In this document: positions 1 to 13,600 of the stretch, piece by piece
Numbering within the stretch: position 1 is the stretch's first letter
Layout: the number at the start of each line of letters is the position of its first letter
Source: Albugo candida
Lineage: Eukaryota
Direction of reading: 5' to 3'
DNA length: 64,000 bases
Assembly: GCA_040437565.1 (NCBI GenBank)
Contig: JBDOQK010000004.1
Location: forward strand, 806,001-870,000
Notes under the pieces: generated by a model
What the model was told of the DNA's origin: nothing
Database searches by the model: none
Seen by the model: the letters and a program-made list of their open reading frames with translations, nothing else
Position numbers and translations under genes: made by a program

Positions 1-89
1 CAAAAATGAAAGTGAAAATGAAAAAATTGCTTCGATTTTAGCAAAAAAGTTGCAACGAGAATCACTAATTAAAGATACAATGACTGCAA

Positions 90-2229
90 TTAGCAAAGCT
101 GAGACTTCAATTCCCGTAACTTTGCAACAGCGTTTTCAGCCGATGGACGTTTGGATGGATCTATAGACAGACAACTGGCAATCAGATCGCGTAGCTCTTG
201 AGGTGCTTTCAAAAGGGCGGGAGCATTTTCATGAGGTGCGAGCGTCTCACCGAGTTGCATTTTATTGACCAACATGCAATCGGCCAATGTACTACCAATC
301 TCATCGACCATGTACTTGAACGGTCGAGTACGCGTCCAAATCTCTCCGAGAATCACACCAAACGCGTACATGTTGGCAAGTCGAGGATCCATATTCTTGG
401 TCTTCATGATGATTTCCGGGGCGGACCAAGGGATATCGCCTGTGCCAAAAGAATTCTCCAACGTACCAGTGCTTAGTAGGACACGACTTGAGCATGGAAC
501 GCAGTGGAATAGACTCATTTTGCATACATTGGCGTCATTGACAAATATTGTTCGACTAGAAAGCTGACGGACATACGCTTCGGTATCGGCAGAATGGAGA
601 TACTGAAGTGCTTGAGCGACATCCAAACACATGCTGAATTTGTGAGAGGAATTGAGTCGGTATTCTGCGTCAGCTAAGACGGTTGCTAAGGTTCCCTGCT
701 CCAAGTATTCGGTCACAATGGAATAATCGGTTCCTGCGATCCAACTGACACCAATCATACTCACGATATTCTCATGTTGAAGATGTGCAACTTGCTTAGA
801 GTATTGGATAAGTGCTTCCGTTGCGGCGGGATCGTTGTATTCAGCTTCGACGCGCTTGACAACGATACGTCTGCTTTCCATTTCTGCTATCCAAATGTTG
901 TTGGGACTCATACTTTTTCCAAGTGTGATGTCGTTCTGATTGAGTTCGATTAGACCTGTTGTGTCTTCGACGGAAGGGACAGAGTTTTTCTCATTCTTTC
1001 TTAGTAATTCAGTTGACGCGGTTTCGCTCGACGTTGGCGAGATATCTTCTGAGCGAAGAAGTCTGCGAACGACGAATACGGCAAGCAGGATCCCAATCAG
1101 ACATGCGGCAATGATGAAGACGACCACCATCGTACTTGCCAGTGGTGTATTTCCTCGAGGTCTCGATATTCTCGGCTCATTAATCGTATCCAAATGTCGA
1201 AATGTTGCGTGCTTTGATGGAGAATTCTCAAGGCAGACTAAATGCTTCCTTTGATGCGATTGTTGTTGGAGACCCAAATTGCAATTTGCATGGAAAAGAA
1301 TCGACGACGAAAGCCGTAGGCGTTCGAATGTTTGCATCAGTTTGCTGTACACATTGTCGGTGACAATTGTGACACTTTCTTCCTCGAAAGTAATTCCATC
1401 ACTGTAGTGAGAACTCTACTCAGTCGATGAGAATGAACGCATACAACTTGAGGACGTACATTTCAATGTGTACATTGGGATCGAGACGTTGGATGAATGC
1501 CGGAATCGTCGGTAAGATCAGTCTTGGCGATCTATAAAATCGTCTTCTTCAATACGCGCATGTGGAATCGGATGGGACGACACGTACATTTGTATCTCTT
1601 TGGGTGGGTCCTCTGCAAAGTCCAAAGTCGTCAGATACGAATCGATGATTTCCCTTCACATGCAAAGGCATTAGACACAATTCTGTAATTATTCAAATGA
1701 TCAAATAAACTCACAAACGCTGTATCGATGACGGTAATCGCAATCGCACACTTGAGTTCTGAAAGGTAACGCCGTGGAAGGATCTTTCCAAAAACAGCAT
1801 TAGCGCTTCTTTTCACTGAGATATAATATCGCACGTACAAATGACGGAGTGCTGATAGCTTTCGGAATGCGTTTTCGGAGATAGCAATCACAGCTGAGGC
1901 GGCTTGATTGTTGCTAAATGACCTGAAAGTAGCGCTTGCATGAGTTTTGTTTTCTTCATTACGGTACATACGGCGAGAACGTACAAGGACGAGAGTAATG
2001 GCGTGTCCATATCGCTAACTGTAACGCGAGTGACTTGATCCATCAGGAAAACGGTCTTTGATGCGAGTGATATGCTGACGGATGCCTGGTCTTCACATTT
2101 GATATGACATAGACCCGAGCTTGCGGACAATTGGAGACCGTTCGTTGATAGAGTGTCCATACACCGAAGCTCGTACTCCTCAGTCGATACGCATAATAAA
2201 TACATACAAAATATGAATGCAGTATTCAT
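90..2229 (-). CDS. Multi-exon receptor-like TKL pseudokinase (signal peptide, short LRR-like ectodomain exons, single TM, kinase fold)
   Basis: Last exon ORF 90..1352 has a TM (MVVVFIIAACLIGILLAVFVV) and kinase motifs (IVVKR, HENIVSMIGVSW, TEYLEQGTL, WSAPE, DPSKRPSA). Upstream GT-AG-bounded pieces give MNTAFIFCMYLLCVST (signal-like) and ISENAFRKLSALRHL / SYLTTLDF (LRR-like). 5' end approximate. Confidence 0.75.
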
Positions 2230-2638
2230 TTTGCTGGCTGCATGACACTTCCTCCATGACATACTTGCTGCAGGAGTAGTGTAGTGAACAATTCCGTCGT
2301 AAATAATTGTTTTGATGTTGGTATAAACTTACAAGGTTGTTACTCCCTGGCAGTGAGTTTGCTCCGCAAAATGGCACTTCCTTTACTATAGAGCAGTATA
2401 CTGGACGTAAAAGGGTCTCAGAAAGCATGTGTACCTAATCTGACTCTCCATATGTTCTTCAGATTCCTCTAATGCACCATTCGCTGACATGTTTCTACGT
2501 TTTTGTAAAGCCACAGAGTTCCTTGCGGTAAAAATTGTCGGTATAAATCCATATGTTTGGTCAGTTGGTAACCTGTTGCAACCGATGAGAACTATCCTCT
2601 TGAATTCGTTATAGAGCGCACCTTTAACATCGCCTGAT

Positions 2639-5600
2639 CTATTTCCGGGTGTCTTTATCACCACTGATGAAAAGTCCATGTTTTATCTTGATCATTCTGT
2701 GTGTATACATGTCAGTGTGACTATTGTGGTGGAGCTACGGTCAGCTAACTTTAGCATCGCCTCCAGCTGATGTTTGCTCAATATCCCATTGGTGATGGCA
2801 AGTAGATCCGATGCTCCATATCCTCGGGATAATATGACTTGTAAACTGATTTTGTGGAGGAGTGATTGAGCCGCATAATGATTGAGGATGCCAGTGGAAA
2901 CCAGAAATTCTTCGTGCTGAGATTCTTGCTCCAGGAGAAATGGTCTCTCGTACCACATACGTGGAAATACGTGATATTGGGTGAATGCTGCATCGGCACA
3001 CTGATGAGCAATTTCTTCAAAAAGCTGGCAAGTCTCCGATATGGAAGAGCTGATTGCAGCACAAGTCAGCTTTGCGCAGCGCTGGAGCCGGTGTGTTATC
3101 ACCTGTAAAGTATCTGAATTTCCACTTGGAAATGGACCAAAGCAGCGTAAAATGCAATGACATTGTCTTCGATTGGCTTCTGTGATATCTGCAGGTAATC
3201 CAAAGCTGTTTCGAAGGAATTAGAGCTGAATTTCGTTGAATGTGGCAATGTCGTACCAATGATAATCCATATTTTCCCAAACTAGAGAGTTATGTCAGCG
3301 ATGCAGAGATGTTGATTGTGTTGTTGCTTGCCTGAATTTGAGTGAGTGCCAGCTGATACGTTATTTCTTTCATTTTTGCTTCATCTGCGGACATATACGT
3401 GCCCTTTGACTTGAAACCATTTCAAAGTGCTTTTTGTACCTTCAAAAGTCACAATATCAAAGACACAAAAGCCATTTCTCTCATCGAAAATGAGATCGAT
3501 CGGTTCACTGAGTTCTCGATCGATGAATGTGATGCCACGAGACGACAGCTCGCTGATGAACGGGTACTGGATCGAGAACGAGCACAGCGTCACCTTGTGG
3601 CTTGTAACAATAGGCTTTACCGTACCTTGGACTGCATTGTCCGCACTGCACAAAAGGTTCGAAATGGGGTTCTCTTGAACTTCTGACACGCCAATCGAGG
3701 CTTTTTCTGGACTGGGCCGTGCTCCGAATGATCGCTTTCATCGTCTGTGCAAATGTTTGGCTCCGAGTTGGATAGTTGTTCCTTTTCTACAATGCAACTC
3801 GAGCTCCCGAGTCGTGTTTTGATGTCATTGATATGTGATTTCCCCAGTAGCGCTTGATATTTTGTGCATTGCACGATACCGTCTCGAAGCTCGTCAAAAT
3901 GTGATTGCTCCGGGCCACTCACACAGAGCTGGAAGAGTCTACAAAGAACAGGTGTCAACAATGAGTTTACCAACAGAAGATGTATCGTACCTTAGTGTAT
4001 GCAATAAAGCAGCGCATCGGAAGCTGGAGCAATTCTCAATTAAATCAGAATGGCTGATACCCGATGGATTCATTATAATCTGTTGGATTCGAGACTGTAA
4101 TTGTAATACGATAAGTTCCAAGGTCTCTAGGTTGATTTTCTCGAGGATGTTGTGTGTGTGTTTACTATCGATTCTTAGTAGCTTTCTTGTCATGAGGCAC
4201 CATACTGCAGGACGTGCGAGTTGTTGAATCGCTGACAGTTTGCTTGGAATGTCACAGTTGATGGACTCTGTTCCCGATTTAGGCATAGGCATTTCTTGAG
4301 CTTGAGGATACAGGTCCATGAACTTGGACATTAAATTCCGTGTCGTTGGTGCCAGGCAGCCATCTGACTTTGTGTTTGCAGTCAGAGTTGCTTCTATTGT
4401 CTCCACGTTGACGTTTGTAACCGGATTTTTTATCTTCTTCGTATCGGACTGACATTTCCATCGTATTTGTTCCTTTTGGATCCAAGCTGCGGCGTCAGTA
4501 TCCTCTAATGCTGAGCCTAATCTGATCGCCAAGTTCTCATACGTGTTGTTGGGAAGTATATCGGGCTTGAAGATCTGTTGGCGATAAGATGATTGAGCCC
4601 ATTCTGCCAGATCGTCCATAGGATTTGAGAATGATGCTATAGTTGACGCCATCAGATTTTCAGGTAACAACAAAGTGTCAAAATAACAAGTCGGGTTTTC
4701 TTCGTCAGTGCATATGCTGGAGAAATCAAGCATCCGTTGCAGTCGTACTGGGACATTGCTGTCAAACGCATTCTTGCAATCTGTTTCAGCTGGAAATCTG
4801 AGAGATTCATTTATTTGTATCATTGTCAAAGTCTTTGTCGCCACGTTCTTTATCATCTCAATAGAATTGGTATTGTTGCGATCGGATGTATCGAGAAGAG
4901 GTATCCGGAATAGTTGCGTGCTGCACAAATGTCTTGGAGTCGTCTGCTCTTGTACATAGAAAAGAGGTTGCAGGTTCTCCACTAGCATTGCCTGGATAAA
5001 CCGGCATACTTTCACCTCTTCGTGTTGTGAATAAGTACTTTTTGTCTGTTGTATCTCTATCCAGCCCCTCTCGTGCTGTTTCTTCAGGACCTGATTAGTG
5101 TAGCTTCTCATGAAATTTCGATCAGATCGAGAAATCGTAAATCCTATTCCAATTTCCGACTCAACGCGATGAAATCCGTTCCTTCCATCCGTAGAATCAG
5201 ATTCCTCGGTGCAAATTGTGCCAATTTGGGGCCAGGCTTCCTCCACGATAGCTTCCATTCCAAAATCTCTAAAATATCAAAAATTTCTCTTCTGAGATCA
5301 TTCTCAAATAAAACAAAACACGCACTCCAATTCGTCCAGTTGCAATTGGTTTGGTGTCTGTGCGAAAGCTTTCTCAAAATATAACGCGAAATACGCACAG
5401 CTCATATCAATGAGCTGCGTGAAGTACATTACTCTTCGATTCCCCGCATTGATTCCATTCCCCCGGTCTAAACTGTGTAAGCTCCTAGCCATTTTCTGTG
5501 TTGTCGAGCGCACATCGTCGTCGCTTTTCTTCGATTTGAGCATTGATCGGTCCTCACAGCTCAGAATGTCTTTTATTCGCTCATTTCCTTCCGTATACGC

Positions 5601-5740
5601 TCTCAAATCACATTCTCGAATATCTTCTGAATCATCGATCGAATGCGCCTGCAGGATTTCCAAAGATTTGTGACTCAATTCCTCCAGAAAGTTTACGTTC
5701 GTGTCGATGGGTTCTACGACTCGTACGATAGCGCCTAGCG
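2639..5740 (-). CDS. SHOC1: SHOC1/Zip2-like XPF(ERCC4)-fold meiotic crossover protein, multi-exon
   Basis: Chain of same-strand ORFs (5304..5678, 3939..5258, 3617..3973, 3381..3689, 2692..3102). Motifs FRCAALLHTLR, ELSSRGITFIDRELSEPIDLIFDERNGFCVF (ERCC4-like) and WYERPFLLEQESQHEEFLVSTGILNHYAAQSLL resemble animal/plant SHOC1 as recalled. Last exon predicted MIKIKHGLFISGDKDTRK*. Start uncertain. Confidence 0.6.
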
Positions 5741-5954
5741 CGTCACAAAGCGTATTATGCGAGTATGTATAAGTGTGAAAGTAAGCTATGGCATTAAGTG
5801 TCGTTAGTTATCGATTAGCGCATAATTACACTATTTAACCAGCAATTGCAACATCATTGGCGTTGCGCGGAAACTTTGGCCACATTTGTCAACTTCAACC
5901 ATCCTAAAAGACGCGATAGTGTCTACACACTAATCGACACCCTAATTTATACGA

Positions 5955-6848
5955 TTATAGAGGTTGAGGGCACCGTGCGCTTTTGTGACGTCGCGTAAAG
6001 GCAACAGCGGCTGCCGCGCCAAAAAATCTCATTTTTTGCGGTTTTTGTAGTGCTGACTTAGCATTCGCAATTCGAACTCGGAAATTATCTTCAAATTCCT
6101 TTGCTTTTGCGATTTCTAACTTCATTTCCACGCATTCTTTCTCCTGTTTTACCAAATGATTATACTGTTTATCAAGCTCAGTTTGAATCTGAGCTGCTTC
6201 AACTTTCACCGCTGCAATTTCCCGCTGAAGCTTATCAATGTCCATATTTTTCATCGATTTTATCTCAGCGTCTGACTGATACGCTCGTCCAAAGCTGAAA
6301 AATATTATTTCAGGAGAATGATTGTCTCGACGTACCGCTTCGATTTCCTCAATTTCTTTTTCGACTAAATACCGTTCAGAAATTGCAACATCGCGATCTT
6401 GAAGATGTTTACTAATTCGAGCTTCAGAAAGTGCGATTTGCTCACTCAAAACCTGTATATCGCCTTCTAATGTGTTTATTTGCTCCAACAGATTTGATTT
6501 TTGACGTCGCGAAATGGAAATATCGTCGATTGCAGCCTCAAGATCAGCCTCAACGGATGCACGCATTAAGTTGAAAGTGGTTTTGTTGATTTCTTCGGAA
6601 GAAAAGGCGACATCTGCGTCCTTGAAAGCGGATTTGAGCTCTTCCGGCAAAGTGTCCAAATCAAAAGATGTGTCGGATGGGGAATGAAGCATCCAATTCA
6701 CAAATATGTCGTATTTCTGCAACTCCAATGTCGGTGCAGCCTCCAATTCCCAGTCAAAGTCTCCGAGAACCAACACATTCGGCACATCACTTGCTTGGTT
6801 CATGACTGCTTTCAAGGTGTGACAACGAGAACAGCTATTTATGCGCAT
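5955..6848 (-). CDS. Hypothetical coiled-coil protein
   Basis: 297-aa ORF with long heptad-like E/K/L/Q-rich stretches; start may be MNQASD (~6803). Confidence 0.65.
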   Translation of the reverse strand: MRINSCSRCHTLKAVMNQASDVPNVLVLGDFDWELEAAPTLELQKYDIFVNWMLHSPSDTSFDLDTLPEELKSAFKDADVAFSSEEINKTTFNLMRASVEADLEAAIDDISISRRQKSNLLEQINTLEGDIQVLSEQIALSEARISKHLQDRDVAISERYLVEKEIEEIEAVRRDNHSPEIIFFSFGRAYQSDAEIKSMKNMDIDKLQREIAAVKVEAAQIQTELDKQYNHLVKQEKECVEMKLEIAKAKEFEDNFRVRIANAKSALQKPQKMRFFGAAAAVAFTRRHKSARCPQPL

Positions 6849-6957
6849 TTGCAGCTATTTAGAGTGGCATCAATATGCTTATGGTATAAATAGACATAGA
6901 ACAGGCTTTGGGTCGATGGGAAAATGGAATTTGATGTGAAGAACTCAAGATGATCAT

Positions 6958-8832
6958 TCAATGATAACGAGTCGAAGCAGTAGCGTCATGATGACCGCGA
7001 TAATGCTCCAATAGATTATTTACTGCTTCAGCTTCCTCTTCTCGACCGAAAGAAGAATACGCTTGTCGGACTTGTGCGAGCAATGTGCTGCTGTGCCCAA
7101 GTTTTTCGTATCCTTTGCTTCGAACAAATGCTTCAAATAATTGGATAATTTCAGTATTTCGTCCAAGTTTTGAATTTGTGGCTATTCCGATCTCTGTGAC
7201 TCGAATTCCAATTGCAATTTCAGGATTCGATAGTAACGCCGAACAGATTGATGATATTCTCTCAGCTGCAATATGCGAATCCAATTGGAAGAGCGAAGAA
7301 ATGATTGCTTCGAGTGCAAAGTAACTGACGGGTATATTGGTTCCCAACGCGTACTCCATGAGCTCCCCTATGAACTCGAGCCGTTTAAAATACGCAAGTA
7401 CTATCAACGTCTCTGAAACGAAAAAGCCTGTCCATTTAATCGCGCCATTATACTTTTCGGCAAAGGCTAACAGATCTGAAACACTCTGGATACATGGGAA
7501 ATGGGCTTCTTTCCCATCGATCGTTGTGTACTCGGTCCCGCCGAATCGGATCATCGAATACATTAGCGGGTACAATCGATTCGGACGTATCTCAATATTC
7601 ATCGAGTGCATCAATTCCAAGACTTTCAGAGCCAGATCAAGGTCATTACTCGTCACATCATGCTTGTACTCATTGTCCAAAAGACTTCGATTCAGCAAGA
7701 ACCTCGACATCAAAATTTTGAATTGATTCGGAACCTCATCGGCTTGCACTAGAGTCGAATATATATGCAAGATTTCAGCGTATCTCTCCTTTTCATACAA
7801 CGCCTGAAATAGAATCTCGAATCGGAATCTCCCCAACTCATTTAACGTCCAGCCTTTTGTGGATGGAAGTCGATATAATTGCATGGCTCGACCAAATTCC
7901 TCACTCTCTACTGCTCGAAGTATTATCAACGGTTGAAGAAACAGCGGCATCGTCATTCCAAGCTCCGTGCTCATCTTCGTCCATATTCTCAATATATCTC
8001 TGATATCGCAATTAATTCGATCGTACACCATTGCACTCACAAGATGGACGTATGTTCGCTCACGCAAAGTCAGCCCAAGATCCTCTGCTTTTCGAAACAA
8101 ATCGGTAGCCAATTTGGAATGTCTCGTATGCCAACAAGCAATGAAAATCGACTCTAGAAGTTTATACGAAAGAGAGCACGGGAGCTGTTCTGCTTCAGTT
8201 TCTGAACGAATTTTGAACAAATCGATCACTTTTGTGAATTTTTGTTGTTGTGTCAGTGCATTCGCGTAATATATACAAAGAATGCCTCGATATCGGACGC
8301 TTTCGTTAGGAAGCGGAGAGATCTCATCCCACGAATAAAATATCGTTTCGATCTGATCATACTCTCGAGACGATTGTAGTTTTGACATGATTTTGTGCAG
8401 CAGAGAAGTCGATCGCTGGTGAAGAGACTTTTTCCGCTCGGATTTTTGCGCTTTTGACGTTTCTATCATGTCGAAAATTTCTTTTAAGCTGTCTTTGGCC
8501 CTACATTTTGACAATTATTACAGGAATAGACGGCAAATCACGTTGGGAATGAAGAACCTTCGTTTATTTTCTTCGGTGAGAGATTTAACGGCGTGTTTGG
8601 GCTTTAATGTCACCACAAGGTCTTTTTTGGTTGATGAATGCTGGGTTGAACACTGCTTTTCATATTTGTTGTGCAGTAGGAAACAACTTTTTGACTTGAT
8701 TAGAGTATGAATTGATGATTTCTCATTTGAGTAATGCGGATATGCGTATGAAGCGGTGGCTATTGAGGGTAACGACCAACCGTTTGTTCGTCTGAGAGTA
8801 TTACAGCGCCGAATGGAGACAAGATTTCTCAT
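6958..8832 (-). CDS. PPR/alpha-solenoid protein, probably mitochondrial; two exons
   Basis: R/S-rich presequence-like N-terminus (MRNLVSIRRCNTLRR). A short intron near 8500-8557 would remove two in-frame TAA stops. PPR-like units such as ESIFIACWHTRHSKLATDLFRKAEDLGLTLRERTYVHLVSAM. Confidence 0.65.
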
Positions 8833-10649
8833 TATTGCATGCGTCTCACAAATAACAAGCGGTCATTATTGGTTAAAAGCAAGATGAAAAGGTTTTTGAT
8901 TGGCTGATATTTCTACGCCGACATTCAGTAAAAGACTCAATTGTAATACTTGTGCGATTTGTTGGCAAGATAGAAATCAGATTGTATAAGGTAATTGTTT
9001 TTAGACCAATCACACAGAACGCTCTCATACGCATTGCCATGCGCTAACACAAGCAATAACATTAACGCGTGTTCTGGTGCCTGCGATAGTACTCTTTCTA
9101 TAACTAGTGAGCGCAAGTCGCAAAAATCATTGGAAATTGCGTCACGAATAAGTGAAGTTCATTTCCATTAGTTCTGTTGTAGATAGTTTTTTGTGATGCG
9201 GTGATCTTATCTGTGAGTTCGGCAAAAGTGAATTGAGAGATTACTGAGCGAGAAAAACTCGTACGCGAGCTATGGTAGCTTGCAGAACTTGAAAAATGCT
9301 CACATGCTGCGTCCATGACTGACAATTAGTACCTTAACCCTTTCACGTACTATACTGTTTCAAGAATTGCAATATCACTGTTGATCTGGTTTTTTAACCA
9401 CCTTGCTTATCCTATCGTTAGCCTTTGACCGTATGATATCATATAGGTCTTGTCCAAACCTGAGAGGGCGGTATTATCCAAGCTTCCACTTGGGTGGACC
9501 CAAACCGCTGCCCACACCGGAAATGGAACTAATGACCTTCCATGGGGGGATTCGGGTGGTGGAATTGTCGACGCTGGAGCTTCACGGACTTCTCAATTCG
9601 CCGGGTACTACTTAACCCTCTGGGTGATTGCATGATTGTTGATGAATCATCCCCACTATGTGATGACGTGGAAAGTACCCCTCTCCCATGGTGACGGCTC
9701 AGTTTTGTACTGTCACTGCCTGGTCATATGGTGGTGCCAAGGCAACCAAGGTAACTGCAAGTGTGGACGAAAAACACGTCCCACTTTGGCCGACCTTATC
9801 AAGTCTCATGATTCCTTACGAAAGGACAAGGCTAGAGCAAAAAGCGCAATATTGCGTGGATCTCTCCAAGCTAAAAGCAGCGGATATTGCTACAATGTCC
9901 GAACTCTATGGTCCGTTGTTACCGCAAAAATTGGGGCAGCGCAGCCTTTCAAATTGCGAGGTAACCCTTTGTTTGATTTTCTCCTGGATGGTCGCCAGAT
10001 AGGACAGGTGCTCAACCTTTGATGGTCGCGACAACGGACGCGTGCGAATAATTGGAGTGCCAACCTAGGCACAGCTTTCGGCGAAAAATTCTTCTTCAAG
10101 GAGTACGATACGTTGGAAGGCCGGTAGTACCTGTAGTGCTTGGAGTTGGTCTGGAAATTGAGCGGAAAGGTATTTTGAAATTCATTCACAACAAACTTTT
10201 TGGCATCCTTCTCGATACTGTTCGAGAAGCAAATTTCTCCAAAAAGGGCTTTGCGTCATCTTCGTGCTCCGAAGCATTGGTGCGTGCTTGAAGTTATGCG
10301 AGCAAGTCGCATTCGGCAAGCAGCTCTTCCCTGTGCGGGATACTAATGCTCCGATTCCGACAGAACGGCGACGTCTCGGTCAACGTGGGCCATGCTGTTT
10401 GGATCTAGGAGCCCCGCTGCTTCTCCCCGGCTGCAGCTCAAATAAAAACCACACAAAAAATGGAATTTGTGGTCGTCTCAATGCCATGAACATGCCAATT
10501 TGAATTAGCAAGAGGCACCCCAAATCCCGCAACCATCCCCTACTCTTCTCGCTATGAAGGAAAAACCAGCTCCATCAAGACCATCACGATCAGTGGGGTG
10601 GGATTGAAATGTCTTCATGCAGTTGGATTGTTCGTGTGGTAAACGTCAC

Positions 10650-13600
10650 CGTGTGAAGCACTTCGGCAACCTAGTTTCGAAAATACGACTTGTGCTCCAC
10701 CTGAGTTGGCAACAATGCAGGTAGAAAATGGAGAACGTGAAGCGGTTGGCAACCCAGTGCGTGGAACCCGCTTTCAAGAATATTTCCGTGAAAGACGAAT
10801 GATTGAAGAGGTGGTCCTTTCTTTGAACGAGGTTAGAGCTTATAGAATCGATACCGAAAATGCTCTTCACACAACCAGACCGAGCAATGTGGTCCAAGTA
10901 GGCGCACATATCTCGTATGTGTGCAGGCTATTTTAGCTCTGCACAACTCCAGAAACAATCACCGAATCGGTATGAGCGATGTGCTACTCGCGTGTACGAC
11001 AAGTCGAATGATATAGAGACGGAAGAATTAGCGCATCTAGTGATGAAAATCGAATATTCTATGCACGCAATTTAATCGGAGATGTTGCGTATGCAAAGCG
11101 ATGGAGTCAACACGTTCGTGGGAAAGTGTTTTGACGCGTGACGTGATGTTCAAGAAAGTAGCGTCGTGGTCTAAGTCAATGCGGGAAATAATCCTCGGTT
11201 TGACAAGAGCAACGAAAGCTCTAGCCTTGATGGAATTATCACTGCCCACACCATGTAAAATTATGATTACTGGGTCCAATATTTCGCTTAAGTGGCAGTG
11301 ATATGGATTTCAGGCCACCACTGTCGAATATTGCCAACCGGTGTGCTACTATAGTTGTCACGCTCAGGCGTAGACATCAAGTGTTGACCCCAACGATTTG
11401 GTGGTAAGTTCCCGGGGGAATTGGCAACAGCACATCTCTCCATTGAGAATGGTAAAACGAAGCTGATCGCTGGCCCGCTCCAGCGTGAATACTAAATGCT
11501 CCTCGATTATTTCAACGTGGAACAACATCTCAGCACTCACAGTGAATGTCAATGAAATTTATAAAAATGGTCCTTTTTATCGACCACATCATATCACAAT
11601 ACTCCATTTGTTGTTCAAGAAACCAAGTTTCACGATCCCAGCCAACTGGAATCATTTCAGTTTTTTAGTACATTAAGAATGCAGCACAAAATGCTTGTCA
11701 ATGACCACAACAGTGCTTTTCTCCATCCGACTCAAAACCGCAGTGGCGGCGTCATGACAATCCTTCGTTCGAACTTCTTCGGTTATACAACAGCTGAAGA
11801 ACTCACCGAACGAAGCGTTTGAAATCGCTATTTGGTTTTACGTATTTTCATTCACGATGCACTGGTGTATATTCACAATGTATATGCACAGGTCAAGGCC
11901 GATGAACGAGTGGTTTTTTGAGTTATTCCTCCCTCCTCAACACTTTTGAATGGATCGAAACACACCACTCGATCCAGCTTTCGATACTTCGAGTGGAGCA
12001 ATTCGACACGAGCCCAGTCGATTTACTTGTTTGGAATATCTTTCGCAGTTGGGTGTAATAGACGCTTGGCGAATTCAACATCCGACCGAAAAACTATTTA
12101 CAGGACCATTACCGCGCATTCGACATGATTATATCTGCATTTCGGAAGAGTTCTTCATACAAAACCTCTGAATATTGCCGTCCCGACATGCGGGAGATCA
12201 TCTGGCACAAAAAGTAACTTTTTCAAATACAACTCAATCTCCAGGGCGAGGATATTGGAAATGTTCATTACAGCTATTTGAATATCCTGAAGTGGTCGAA
12301 GCCCCAATCAAATTGGAAGAGAATTTGGTACTCGAACAGTTGCGGTCAACTTCGAATACCGGAAAAATGTGGGAAAGTTGAAAGACAAAAAACAAGCAGC
12401 AACTTGAAAAATTTGAAAAGATTTCACAAGATAGAAGACGAGATGTTGAGTTTAGCCAGCGTGTTTTGTGAGTCGGAGCAGCTCGATATAGCACTCAATA
12501 CATCAATCAGTCATTTCAACTTTTCGAATCGAGTCTCGAACAATTCAGAAATTGGGTCGAAAACAACGCCAAATACAACCAAGGCGAGATCTTCGATCAT
12601 TACGGGAGGCATGGAGAACTCCTCCAGGAATTCTTCTCGCCCTCCGGATAATTCTTGTCGTCGCGTGCCAATCAAAAATTTGACCAAACAATATGGCAAC
12701 GACATCGACCCGAGGGAAATTATTGACCAATTTCGGGAACATTCGGGCGGTGTCATGGACCCTCTCTATAGCTCCGAGCCCGGCTCAGCTGACTCATGTG
12801 AATTAAATAAGAGAAAGCTTCCGGACCGACTACATGCAGAGTAGTTGTCCCGGTATGGATGGATTACCATCTGCATTTGATCAGCTTTATCCGAAAACGT
12901 TTCGCGAGCTGGGAAGAGGTATCTTATTTCAATTACAACGTCACTCGGCAATAACATACTTGTACGAAAAACCGATCACGAGGTGATCCTGGCAACTATC
13001 TAACGATCGCACTACTTTGTGTCGATGTGGAAGTACTCTCAAAAGTGTTGGTGTATCGATTGCAAAGCTTTTTGCCAAATTGATCCATCACGATCAAATA
13101 GCATTTATACGAGGACAGTTAGTGCATCACCACATTGAACATCTCACCGACATACAGAACTTGGTGACTCATTATAGGGAAGAAGCGTATGCAAACTTTT
13201 CAAGTTTCGTCGATTGGCTTCGTCTTCTGTACACCAATACGAAATCGCAGATAATGAACAGTGGCAATATCACAATGTACATTACACCACAACGTGAAGT
13301 GAGAAAGGCGATCCTCTCTCAGCATTACTTTTTCTGATGACGATCGAACCTTGGGGAAATTTACTTCGTCAAAATGAAGAACATAGAATTAGGATCAATG
13401 GTATGACTGGCGCAAGTGCTTGTATCAACATGAAATGGTGTTTAAGCGCAGCTAAAACTCGTCCAAGTTTATTACGATGAATCTGGTGGGAGATTCAGCT
13501 TGGAAAATCATCCTTGCTCTCGTTCAATCGATCCCAGCTGTTTTTGTCCCCCTAATTTGACCATACTGGGTCCGGAGGATTCGGCGAAGTATTTGGGAAT

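Noticed and set aside
8515-8520. Two in-frame TAA stops between the 8518..8832 and 6958..8514 ORFs, suggesting readthrough or a pseudogene
   Set aside because: A plausible short GT..AG intron (~8500-8557) removes them.
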